64,000 bases of DNA from an archaeon (GTDB taxonomy: Archaea; Micrarchaeota; Micrarchaeia; Norongarragalinales; UBA97), in assembly GCA_020057405.1 (NCBI GenBank), contig JAGVFW010000003.1, positions 1 through 64,000 of the forward strand, read 5' to 3'. The stretch's first letter is position 1; each line of letters starts with the position of its first letter. The translations under genes were made by a program, and so were the position numbers. Positions 56,100-64,000 of the stretch are shown here, piece after piece. Under the pieces are notes generated by a model, which made no database searches, was not told the origin of the DNA, and worked only from the letters and a program-made list of their open reading frames with translations.

Positions 56100-56135
56100 T
56101 TACGCGAAAACGCGTAATTACTCTTAAGCGAGTAA
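56100..56135. promoter_or_regulatory. Two abutting RbkR-type palindromes upstream of the ribC-ribH-ribA-ribD promoter
   Basis: TTACGC-N6-GCGTAA (56100-56117) and TTACTC-N6-GAGTAA (56118-56135); minus-strand TATA-like CTTATATT at 56089-56096. Confidence 0.75.
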
Positions 56136-57449
56136 GGCGAACTGGTTCTTTCCTGTGCCCGGCTTGGCGACTAAGTGCTCGCCTTCCTTCACAAGCTTGC
56201 CGCGGAGGAACACGGCGTTGATTTTGCCGTTTAAACGGGCACCGTCAAACGGGCTCCAGCCGCACTTGGTGTAGAGGCCGGAGTTTTCGATTAGCGTAGT
56301 GCCAGCCATGTCAACGAGGACGAAGTCGGCGTCAAATCCCGTCTCGACTGCGCCCTTGTGGCGCAGGCCAAACTTTCTGGCGGGGTTGTAGCAGCATAGC
56401 TCAACTACTTTCTCTAGCGTCAGCCGACCCGATAAAACTGCGTCAAGCAAAAGCGGCAGCGTTGTTTCCAAGCCGGGCACGCCGCTTGGCGCCTCCCAGT
56501 ACCCGCGCTCTTTTTCGGCGGGCAGGTGCGGGGCGTGGTCGCTTGCGATGAGGTCTATAGTGCCATCGGCAATGCCTTCCCATAGTGAACGCGAGTCTGC
56601 GGCGGAGCGCAGGGGCGGATTGACTTTTGCGAAGCTGCCCATTCGCTTGCAGGCCGACTCGTCAAGAAATAGGTGGTGCGGGGTCGCCTCGCAGCTGACG
56701 TTTACCCCTCGGGCTTTTGCCGCGCGGATGAGCTCAAGTTCAGAAGCCGTGCTGACATGGCAGACGTGCAGGTGGCAGCGTGCCTTTTCTGCAAGCGAGA
56801 GGCCAAGCTCAACCGCCTTTACCGCAGCTTCGGGCGGACGCACGCTGTTGTGCTCAGCTGCCGTTGCCGACGAGCCAAGCGACTCGCGGTACTTCTTCTC
56901 GGCTTCGCCTATGACGATTGCGTCTTCGGCGTGAATCATCACTGGCTTGGGGTAGGAAAAGTGCGCGGGCACGTCGCTTGAGGCAAGCGCTTCGGCCGAG
57001 GTCGTGCCGCCGATGAAAATCTTTTTTGCCGCCACTTGCGGGACGGCCTTAAGCGACTCTTCCTCGTTGCCGATGGCGGCGCCAAAGACGAGGCCGTAGT
57101 CGCACACTGCTTTTTCAGCTGCAATTGCCGCCTTCTGGTTGAGTGCCTCTAGTGAGGTGGTAGGCGGTGAAGTGTTCGGCATGTCAAAAACGGTTGTCAC
57201 GCCGCCCGCAAGCGCGGCTGTTGTGCCGGTGAGAAAGTCTTCCTTGGCAGTAAAGCCTGGGTCGCGAAGATGGCAGTGCACGTCAATGAGGCCGGGCAAG
57301 AGAAATGCGCCGCCGGCGTCGTATTCCTCCTCGCCGTTTGCCGGCATGGACGGGCCGATTTCCTCGATGATGCCGGACTCTTCTCCAAAGCGCACGCTTG
57401 AATCAAAAATTCCTTGTGGCGAGACGATGCGGCAGTTTCGCACTATCAT
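56124..57449 (-). CDS. pyrC: Dihydroorotase
   Basis: PGLIDVHCHLRDPG, DMPNT, KVNPPLR and SDHAPH motifs. Confidence 0.95.
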   Translation of the reverse strand: MIVRNCRIVSPQGIFDSSVRFGEESGIIEEIGPSMPANGEEEYDAGGAFLLPGLIDVHCHLRDPGFTAKEDFLTGTTAALAGGVTTVFDMPNTSPPTTSLEALNQKAAIAAEKAVCDYGLVFGAAIGNEEESLKAVPQVAAKKIFIGGTTSAEALASSDVPAHFSYPKPVMIHAEDAIVIGEAEKKYRESLGSSATAAEHNSVRPPEAAVKAVELGLSLAEKARCHLHVCHVSTASELELIRAAKARGVNVSCEATPHHLFLDESACKRMGSFAKVNPPLRSAADSRSLWEGIADGTIDLIASDHAPHLPAEKERGYWEAPSGVPGLETTLPLLLDAVLSGRLTLEKVVELCCYNPARKFGLRHKGAVETGFDADFVLVDMAGTTLIENSGLYTKCGWSPFDGARLNGKINAVFLRGKLVKEGEHLVAKPGTGKNQFALLA

Positions 57450-58117
57450 CGCGACGCCGCCTTCCGAAGTTCCTTGATTGCCGCTGCGGCATTTGGTGCG
57501 CAGAAGACTGCGGCGCCTGCGACAAAAGCCGTGACGCCTGCTTTTGCAAGTATCGGTGCGGTCTTGTCGTTAACTCCGCCGTCGGCCATGAAAAGGGCTT
57601 TGAGTTTTAGGGCGGTTGCGGCTTTTGCGATTTGGCGGAACTTGGGCATGACTTTTGGCATGAACGCTTGTCCGCTGTAGCCGGGCGCTACCGTCATCGG
57701 CAGGATGTAGTCGCACTCGGCCAAGAGGGCAGGTGTGATTTTTGAGGCGGGAGTGGCGGGAACGAGGGCGAGGCCGGCTCCGCAACCGTGCTTTTTGATG
57801 AGCTTGAGGGTCTGCACGATTTGCTTTTCGGTGCCGGCTTCGACGTGGATGCAAATGCTTGCGGCACCGGCTTTTGCGTAGTCTTTGATGACGAGCCACG
57901 GAGTGCGGATCATGAGGTGAACGTCAAGGGGCAACTGGACTGCTTTTGCAAGTAGTTTGACGGTTGGGACGCCGTAGTTTACTCGGGGGACAAACTTTCC
58001 GTCCATGACGTCAACGTGGAGAATGTCGGCGCCGGCTTTTTGGGCGCGCTTGGCTTCTGCGGCGAGCCGAGTTTGGTCGGCTGCCAGGATGCTTGGTGCA
58101 ATGATGACGCGCGTCAT
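57446..58117 (-). CDS. rpe: Ribulose-phosphate 3-epimerase
   Basis: IAPSILAAD, HVDVMDGKFVP, DVHLM, MTVAPG and DGGV motifs. Confidence 0.96.
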   Translation of the reverse strand: MTRVIIAPSILAADQTRLAAEAKRAQKAGADILHVDVMDGKFVPRVNYGVPTVKLLAKAVQLPLDVHLMIRTPWLVIKDYAKAGAASICIHVEAGTEKQIVQTLKLIKKHGCGAGLALVPATPASKITPALLAECDYILPMTVAPGYSGQAFMPKVMPKFRQIAKAATALKLKALFMADGGVNDKTAPILAKAGVTAFVAGAAVFCAPNAAAAIKELRKAASR

Positions 58118-58129
58118 GCCGGGTTCACC

Positions 58130-58699
58130 TTAGTGGGGCTCGCGGCGAGAGTCCTCGCCTGCCTCGTGGCGTTTTTTGACTGCCTTGAAAACTTTCTCGA
58201 CAAGCACCTCGGGTGACGAGTCGTGAAGCACGAGTGCTTTAGTCGGCCGGTCTGCCCGTCTGGAAACTGCGGGAAAGAGCTCGGTGACGCCTCCAAGGCC
58301 GGCGAGGAGGCCGATGACCTTGTTTTCGTCAAAGGCGATTGTCAGCTCGTTTAGCGTGCCCATGCCACCGTGGAGGGAAATGACCGCGTCGCTTGCGCGC
58401 ACGAGGAGAAGGTTTCTGCCCTTGAAGCCAAAGCCGGTCGTTGAGATGAAGTCGTGGTTCTTGTATGGATACTTTTTGCGCCTGTGTTCGGTGATGCTGC
58501 TAACGGGAGAGAATCCCACTACGGTGCCGCCCGCCTGCTTGGCGGCCTTTGCGGCTTCTTCAGGCAATCCGGGGCACGCGCCGTTGACGAGCACGCAACC
58601 GGTCTTGGCAATCTCACGGCCAACGGCCCTTGCCTTTCTGACCTCGTCGGCTGAAAAGCGGCTTGCGGCCGAGCCGATGACGCCAATGCAGTGTTTCAT
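58130..58699 (-). CDS. LOG/SLOG-family protein (TIGR00725-like)
   Basis: IGVIGSA, GACPGLP, GRN and GGMGTLNE motifs. Confidence 0.88.
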   Translation of the reverse strand: MKHCIGVIGSAASRFSADEVRKARAVGREIAKTGCVLVNGACPGLPEEAAKAAKQAGGTVVGFSPVSSITEHRRKKYPYKNHDFISTTGFGFKGRNLLLVRASDAVISLHGGMGTLNELTIAFDENKVIGLLAGLGGVTELFPAVSRRADRPTKALVLHDSSPEVLVEKVFKAVKKRHEAGEDSRREPH

Positions 58700-58730
58700 A
58701 AGTAAATGCATGTAGGGGAGTGCAAGCTTT

Positions 58731-59462
58731 TTATGGTGTTGCCGCAAGCAGTTTTTCGCACAACGATTTTGCGGCTTCGCGCATCAGCTCTTCCCCGCCG
58801 GCGTTGTAGATGGCTCGGCCGACAATCGGGTGGAAGCGTTTGCCTGCCGCCTTGGCACCCTCGCTTATGTCGCCGCCTTGTGCGACAAAGCCGGGTGAGT
58901 AGAATGCGAAGTCGGCGCCAAGGGATTTCTCAAGCTCCTGCCGGTATTGGGTAATCTTTTCCGGCTTGGTACCCGGGACGACGAAGTCGCGAACGCCCAT
59001 GCGCGCTGCAAGCGACAGGATGCGTGAGGGAGAATCGTTTGAGAGGTAGCCGCCGTCAGACTGGAGGAATCGCTCGTGAGTCATTTCGCCGGCGACGATG
59101 ACTGAAAGGCCGGCGTCCTGCACTGCCTGCGTCCAGGCGACTTGCGTTGCCGGTCCGGACATTGGGACGAGGATGATTGAGTCGACGCCGGCCTCAGCGC
59201 AGGCGGCAACAAAAGGCGCGCCCGTGTCGGGAATGTCGGTGCCGGCTTTTTGGTGGTCGTAGATGATTGGCTTGTCGCAAAGTGCGCGGATTTCCTTGAC
59301 GACCGAAGGCAGGCCATAGCGGAGCGCGAGTGTGAAGCCCAGCTTGTAGGCGCCGATTCCTTCCAGGTCGGCAGTCGCCTTTACTAGGGCGCGCAGGTGG
59401 TCGAGGGTCGCCACGTCACAGGCGGGCACGATGCTTTTGTCTGCGGCGATGATGCGTTTCAT
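58731..59462 (-). CDS. pyrF: Orotidine 5'-phosphate decarboxylase
   Basis: PACD, YKLG, YDHQKAGTDIPDT, SPGFVAQGG and IVGRAIY motifs. Confidence 0.95.
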   Translation of the reverse strand: MKRIIAADKSIVPACDVATLDHLRALVKATADLEGIGAYKLGFTLALRYGLPSVVKEIRALCDKPIIYDHQKAGTDIPDTGAPFVAACAEAGVDSIILVPMSGPATQVAWTQAVQDAGLSVIVAGEMTHERFLQSDGGYLSNDSPSRILSLAARMGVRDFVVPGTKPEKITQYRQELEKSLGADFAFYSPGFVAQGGDISEGAKAAGKRFHPIVGRAIYNAGGEELMREAAKSLCEKLLAATP

Positions 59463-60196
59463 TCCGATAGCCTCACTGCGCCGTACTTAACATAGTATTC
59501 AATCCACGCGCGCTTGATTTGCGGCTCTAGGTCGTCCTTGACGGCTGAGAAGATGTCCTGCATGGTAAGGACTGAAACGGATTTGATGCCGAGCTCGGAT
59601 TCAAACGCCTGCACTGCGCTCTTGTCGCCCACAATGGTTGCGTCGCCCATGAGCTCTTGCCGGTCAACCGCTAAGACAAGGCCGGCGAGCTTGAAGTCGG
59701 GCAGGGCTTTAAGCCGTTCGAGCGCGTCGTACTTGGCCTTGCCGGTGGTGATTACGTCGTCGACTAGGAGGATGCTTGAGCCCGCAGTCCACGAACCTGC
59801 ACCAGTGATTACCTGGTCGGCGGCTAGGTCGCCGTAGTTTTTCGCCTCCTTGCGGTCGTAGAGGAGCGAGGTGTTCTTGCCGTAAAGCTCGAATAGTCCT
59901 TCGCAGGAGAGTGCCGCAAGCGTTATGCCCTTGTAGGCCGGGCCGAAGATGAATGTGAAGTCCTTGAGTACTCCGGCGCGCACGCCCTGGGCGATTGCGG
60001 TTGCGTAGGCGCGCTTGAGGGCCGACTGCGACTCGCCGTCACAGAGGGCGCCGATGTTGATGAAGTTGGGGCTCTTGCGACCGCTTTTGAATGTGAAGAA
60101 GCTTTTTTCATCGGACGCGATTTTGAGGGCTTTTTTTGTAAGGAGGAGTTCTAGAAACTCTTTTTTGGCCGCTGCGAAGTCGGGCGATAGTTCCAT
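59459..60196 (-). CDS. pyrE: Orotate phosphoribosyltransferase
   Basis: FTFKSGRKSP, FGPAYKGI, RKEAK and VDDVITTG motifs. Confidence 0.96.
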   Translation of the reverse strand: MELSPDFAAAKKEFLELLLTKKALKIASDEKSFFTFKSGRKSPNFINIGALCDGESQSALKRAYATAIAQGVRAGVLKDFTFIFGPAYKGITLAALSCEGLFELYGKNTSLLYDRKEAKNYGDLAADQVITGAGSWTAGSSILLVDDVITTGKAKYDALERLKALPDFKLAGLVLAVDRQELMGDATIVGDKSAVQAFESELGIKSVSVLTMQDIFSAVKDDLEPQIKRAWIEYYVKYGAVRLSE

Positions 60197-60201
60197 TTCA
60201 A

Positions 60202-61185
60202 TCAGAGGGTCTTTTGGCCTTGGCTGTTGCGTTTGAAGAAGAGCTCGCTCACGCTGCGGTTCTCGTGGATGCGGATAATCGCCTCGCTTAGAAGCGGGGC
60301 GAGTGATACTTGCGTGACGTTTTTGGGCGCACCGGGCCGTAGGAGGATGCTGTTGGTGACGATGAGCTCCTTTACGCCGCTTGCGGCGATGTTCTCAAAT
60401 GCCTTGCCGCTAAAGACCGCGTGGCTTGCGCAGGCGAACACTTGCTTTGCGCCCTTTGCGTGAAGCGACTTGACTGCGGGCAGAAGCGTGCTTGCGGTGT
60501 CGACCATGTCGTCGGCGATGATGCAGGTCTTGCCGCTCACTTCGCCGATGACGTGGATGATTTCGCTCGCGTTGGGCTCCGGCCGCCGCTTGTCAAGGAC
60601 GGTTAGGGGAACGTCGAGGAGGCGGGCGAGGTTTCGCGCGCGCTTGACGCCGCCCACGTCAGGGCTGACGATGACGGCGTTTTTCAGTTCCTTGCCGAGT
60701 TTCTTCTTGAAGTGCTCCGCGAACATCCAAATCGCGCTTAAGTCGTCGATTGGCACGCGGAAGAAGCCCTCGATGCCGCTTGAGTGCAAATCAACGCACA
60801 CTACAGCATCGGCGCCCGCGTTCTCGATGATGCTGGCGACGAGCGCCGCACTGATTGGGCTGCGGCCAATGAGCCTATCTTGCCTTGCGTATCCGTAATA
60901 GGGGATGACTGCGATGACGCGGTGGGCGCTTGCCCGCCTTGCCGCGTCGATGAGAAGCGCCAGTTCCATGAAGTTGTCGTTGACTGGAGCTGACGTGGGT
61001 TGGATGACGAAAACGTCCTTGCCGCGCACGCTCTCGCCGATGAGGACATTGTACTCGCCGTCGGAAAACTTCTTGACTTCAACGGTAGTGAGTTTGGCGC
61101 CAAGCTGTGCTGCAATCTCGTTGGCTAATGGAAGATTCGCCGTTCCAGCAAGTAGTTTTAGTTCTGAAGCTGCCGTTAAGCCCAC
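60202..61185 (-). CDS. prs: Ribose-phosphate pyrophosphokinase
   Basis: FSDGE, PYYGYARQDR, DLHS, SPDVGG and DDMVDT motifs. Confidence 0.97.
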   Translation of the reverse strand: MGLTAASELKLLAGTANLPLANEIAAQLGAKLTTVEVKKFSDGEYNVLIGESVRGKDVFVIQPTSAPVNDNFMELALLIDAARRASAHRVIAVIPYYGYARQDRLIGRSPISAALVASIIENAGADAVVCVDLHSSGIEGFFRVPIDDLSAIWMFAEHFKKKLGKELKNAVIVSPDVGGVKRARNLARLLDVPLTVLDKRRPEPNASEIIHVIGEVSGKTCIIADDMVDTASTLLPAVKSLHAKGAKQVFACASHAVFSGKAFENIAASGVKELIVTNSILLRPGAPKNVTQVSLAPLLSEAIIRIHENRSVSELFFKRNSQGQKTL

Positions 61186-61244
61186 CTAAGAGCATTAGCC
61201 GGAAACTGGTTTAAATATCCGCGTTGCCTGCTTGGCACGCTACC

Positions 61245-63026
61245 TTAAAGCACGGTGACGCTTTTGGCGAGGTTCCGCGGCTTGTCGGGGGAGATGCCAC
61301 GCTCTTTTGCGGTGTAGTAGGCAAGAAGCTGCAGCGGCACGACGCTTAGGAGGGGGTAGAAGAGTTCGCTTGCCTTTGGCACGCGCAGGAAGGCGTCGTA
61401 GGCGGGGTCCGGCTCGTCGCTGACGCCGATGACAAAAGCCCCGCGCGCCTTTGTCTCAACCGCGTTTGCTAGCGTCTCTGAGCGCGTGATGTCGCTCGGG
61501 TTGATGACGATTACTGGCGTCTCCTTTTCGATTAGTGCGATTGTGCCGTGCTTGAGCTCGCCTGCAGGCATGCCCTCGGCGTGAAGGTAGGAAACTTCCT
61601 TGATTTTGAGGGCGCCTTCTAGTGCGGTTGCAAAGTTGATGCCGCGGGCGATGTAGTAGGCGTCGTGCTTTTTCGCGAGCCACTTCGAGAGTTCCCGCGC
61701 TTTCTCGTCGTTCTCGTCAATGCACTTCTTTACGAGGAGAGGCATTTGGGAAAGCAGTTGCTTGCCTTCTGCAAGCCTGCCGGCCGCTGCAAACGAGAGG
61801 AGCATGCCCACGACGACCTGGTTGACAAATGCCTTTGTCGAGGCGACCGCGATTTCTGGCCCCGCGTTGATGTAGAGGCGTTTGTCGCTCATGCGGTCAA
61901 GTGTGCTGCCCACGACATTCACGAGGGAATAGATTTTCGCGCCCTTCGCTTTCGCCTTCTTCGCTGGCACGACGACATCAGCCGTCTCGCCGCTTTGGCT
62001 GATTGCGAAAATTATGGTGTCCTTCCCCGCCCGGTCGGCAAAGTAAGTGTACTCACTTGCCATCATCACTTCGGCGTGCTTGCCTGCAACCGAGTCAAGG
62101 GCGTAGCGGGTAATCAGGCCGGCGTGGCGGGCGGTGCCCATTGCTATGATGATGACGTTTCGCGCAAGCATCAGGTCGTCTGCGAAATCCTGGACTGCAG
62201 CGTCGTCCTGGCGTAGCGCGTCGGCGACTGCTAGGGGCTGTTCCATGATTTCCTTTAGCATAAAGTCCGCGTAGCCGCCCTTTTGCGCCTGCTCGGCGCT
62301 CCAGTCAACGGTAGTGGGCTTCTTGTCAACGGCAGTGCCGTCGGAAACCTTGAGCACCTGCACCGCGCCTGCAGTCAGGACGGCGATTTCCCCGTCGTCA
62401 AGAAATATGAGGTCGCGGGTGTGTGAGAGGACCGGGGTGGCGTCGCTTGCGGCAATTGCAAATCCTTCGCCAATTGCTGCAATAAGGGGGCTTTCGTTGC
62501 GGACTGCGATGAGTTTTTTCTCGCTTGAGCGGCCTACGAGGAGGGCATAGCTGCCGTGCATCCTTTTTACTGCAAGGCGAACTGCCTCCTCAAGCGTCAC
62601 CCCTTTTGCAAGCTCGTCCTCAATTAAGTGCGCGGCCACTTCGCTGTCGGTATCCGAGCGAAACTCGTGGGTCACGGCTAGGCCGCGCTTTAGTTCCAAG
62701 TAGTTTTCGATGATGCCGTTGTGAACAACTACGAGGTCATTGTCGCAATCAGAATGCGGATGCGCGTTCTCCTGCGTCACTGCGCCGGTTGTTGCCCAGC
62801 GGCAGTGCGCCATGCCGAACTCGCCGTCAAGCTCGCCCCAGTCCTGCGCGGCGCTGACGTCACCGACCATGCCGACTTCCTTTCGGAGTTCAAGTTTTCC
62901 GTCGTTGGCGACGGCTATGCCGCACGAGTCGTAGCCGCGGTATTCGAGTTTTGCGAGGCCCTCGCGCAGGTGGCTTCCCATCGTTCCCTTGGGAAAGTCG
63001 CCGACGATGCCGATGATTCCGCACAT
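61245..63026 (-). CDS. glmS: Glutamine--fructose-6-phosphate aminotransferase
   Basis: MCGIIG start, EYRGYDS, SQSGETAD and PRNLAKSVTV motifs. Confidence 0.98.
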   Translation of the reverse strand: MCGIIGIVGDFPKGTMGSHLREGLAKLEYRGYDSCGIAVANDGKLELRKEVGMVGDVSAAQDWGELDGEFGMAHCRWATTGAVTQENAHPHSDCDNDLVVVHNGIIENYLELKRGLAVTHEFRSDTDSEVAAHLIEDELAKGVTLEEAVRLAVKRMHGSYALLVGRSSEKKLIAVRNESPLIAAIGEGFAIAASDATPVLSHTRDLIFLDDGEIAVLTAGAVQVLKVSDGTAVDKKPTTVDWSAEQAQKGGYADFMLKEIMEQPLAVADALRQDDAAVQDFADDLMLARNVIIIAMGTARHAGLITRYALDSVAGKHAEVMMASEYTYFADRAGKDTIIFAISQSGETADVVVPAKKAKAKGAKIYSLVNVVGSTLDRMSDKRLYINAGPEIAVASTKAFVNQVVVGMLLSFAAAGRLAEGKQLLSQMPLLVKKCIDENDEKARELSKWLAKKHDAYYIARGINFATALEGALKIKEVSYLHAEGMPAGELKHGTIALIEKETPVIVINPSDITRSETLANAVETKARGAFVIGVSDEPDPAYDAFLRVPKASELFYPLLSVVPLQLLAYYTAKERGISPDKPRNLAKSVTVL

Positions 63027-63125
63027 AACAAAACACCTAGTTTGATGCCAAAGGGGCGGGAGCCTTACGAGCCAGCAAGGCCTTCCCACACCCACCTGTG
63101 CGCACGGGGTGATCCGTTTGCACTA
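63027..63125 (-). promoter_or_regulatory. Structured 5' leader of glmS (two hairpins)
   Basis: Hairpins at 63098-63123 and 63053-63093; TATA-like CTTTAATA at 63146-63153. Confidence 0.5.
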
Positions 63126-63198
63126 TTCTTTTTGCCTCCGGGCGGTATTAAAGCCCGCTAAAGCTTTTTTCCCACAACCGCAACCTTTTTTAACAAAA

Positions 63199-63217
63199 TT
63201 GATAGTATAGTTATCAA
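63199..63217. promoter_or_regulatory. Palindrome TTGATA-N7-TATCAA upstream of the HTH regulator
   Basis: Just downstream of a TTTTAA box; a second TATCAA half-site lies at 63232-63237. Confidence 0.55.
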
Positions 63218-63247
63218 ATTATTCATTGCATTATCAAGTTGGTCAAC

Positions 63248-64000
63248 ATGGCTGGTTCGCAGGGACTCCTCCTCCGTGACGGGAAAGCGCTCTCTGCATC
63301 AATAGTCGGCGAAAAGGCGCTCGCCGTTCTAAGCGAGGACCGCCTGCGCATCCTGCGGGCACTCGCCGAGGAGCCCAAGTATCCCACCCAGGTGGCGCGC
63401 GAGTTGCGGATGCAGGTGCAGACGGTCTACTACCACATGCGCCTGCTTGAGGAAAATGAACTGGTTCAGTTTGTCGAGCACGAGGAAAAGGGGGGCGCTA
63501 CTGCAAAGAAGTTCGCCGCAGCTGGTGACGCGCTTGCCGTCGTCGTAAACGAACGCAACTGGAAGCCGTACTCGGCGGGAAAGCTCGCAAAGCCGCCCGC
63601 GTTCCTTGAACACTTCGTCTCGGGTGGTCACCTAGACGCCAAGATGGTGCTCGGTTCGCCCGACGCTCACGGAAAATACCGCGCACGCGGGAGCGAACTG
63701 TGCGCTGCCGAGTTGGCAATGTTTTTGGGCAACTACGCGACATTCTCTTATCCACTCTACTACCTCGACACCGAGATTACGGAAAAAGCCAAACGCGGCA
63801 ACTTAATCGTCATCGGCGGGCCCAAAGTCAACACGCTTGCCGCAGAACTTAACCCGCACCTGCGAGTGCAGTTTGACGAGCGCTCCTTCGCCATCCGCTC
63901 GCAAGTTAGCGGCAAGACCTACGAGGAGAACGTCGGGGTCATCGAAATCACGGAAAATCCGTTCCACCGCGGGAAGAAAATCATTATTTTGGCCGGCATG
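63248..64000 (+). CDS. ArsR-type HTH regulator with a C-terminal domain (3' truncated)
   Basis: LSEDRLRILRALAEEPKYPTQVARELRMQVQTVYYHMRLL...NLIVIGGPKVN; open to the window end, not in the ORF track. Confidence 0.85.
   Translation, partial: MAGSQGLLLRDGKALSASIVGEKALAVLSEDRLRILRALAEEPKYPTQVARELRMQVQTVYYHMRLLEENELVQFVEHEEKGGATAKKFAAAGDALAVVVNERNWKPYSAGKLAKPPAFLEHFVSGGHLDAKMVLGSPDAHGKYRARGSELCAAELAMFLGNYATFSYPLYYLDTEITEKAKRGNLIVIGGPKVNTLAAELNPHLRVQFDERSFAIRSQVSGKTYEENVGVIEITENPFHRGKKIIILAGM

Noticed and set aside
63027-63125. glmS ribozyme or c-di-GMP-I riboswitch
   Set aside because: Lacks the AGCGCC, GACGAGG and AUCGA core of the glmS ribozyme. GCAAAC...CGCACAG only loosely resembles c-di-GMP-I, with no GNRA loop or receptor.

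Overview
Archaeal chromosome segment, most likely DPANN (inferred: Micrarchaeota-like). Support: archaeal r-proteins P0/P1, PCNA, Csl4, Rpo11, membrane LonB, CTP-dependent RibK and a BHB-intron tRNA. Housekeeping blocks are cysS, rpl11-rpl1-rpl10-rpl12, pheST, rnz, lonB, PRC-barrel-sepF-ftsZ and csl4-rpoL. It also carries the full de novo UMP pathway, a mosaic riboflavin operon, prs and glmS, two type II TA pairs and a stress/ice-binding island. Most notable: (1) a triosephosphate isomerase that appears naturally circularly permuted, with the NWK/beta1-alpha2 module at the C-terminus, next to a ~780 bp highly structured non-coding region; (2) a structured sequence motif found twice in intergenic DNA (4.84 and 21.30 kb); (3) a membrane-anchored M23 peptidase + lysozyme/SLT-like protein, i.e. 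a putative peptidoglycan hydrolase in an archaeon; (4) tRNA-Arg(CCU) with two BHB introns, overlapped by a free-standing LAGLIDADG ORF; (5) readable cis-regulation: RbkR-type palindromes, a uL1-type mRNA site, a structured glmS leader and 19-bp tandem repeats. All calls come from motif recognition by eye; no database search or folding was run.
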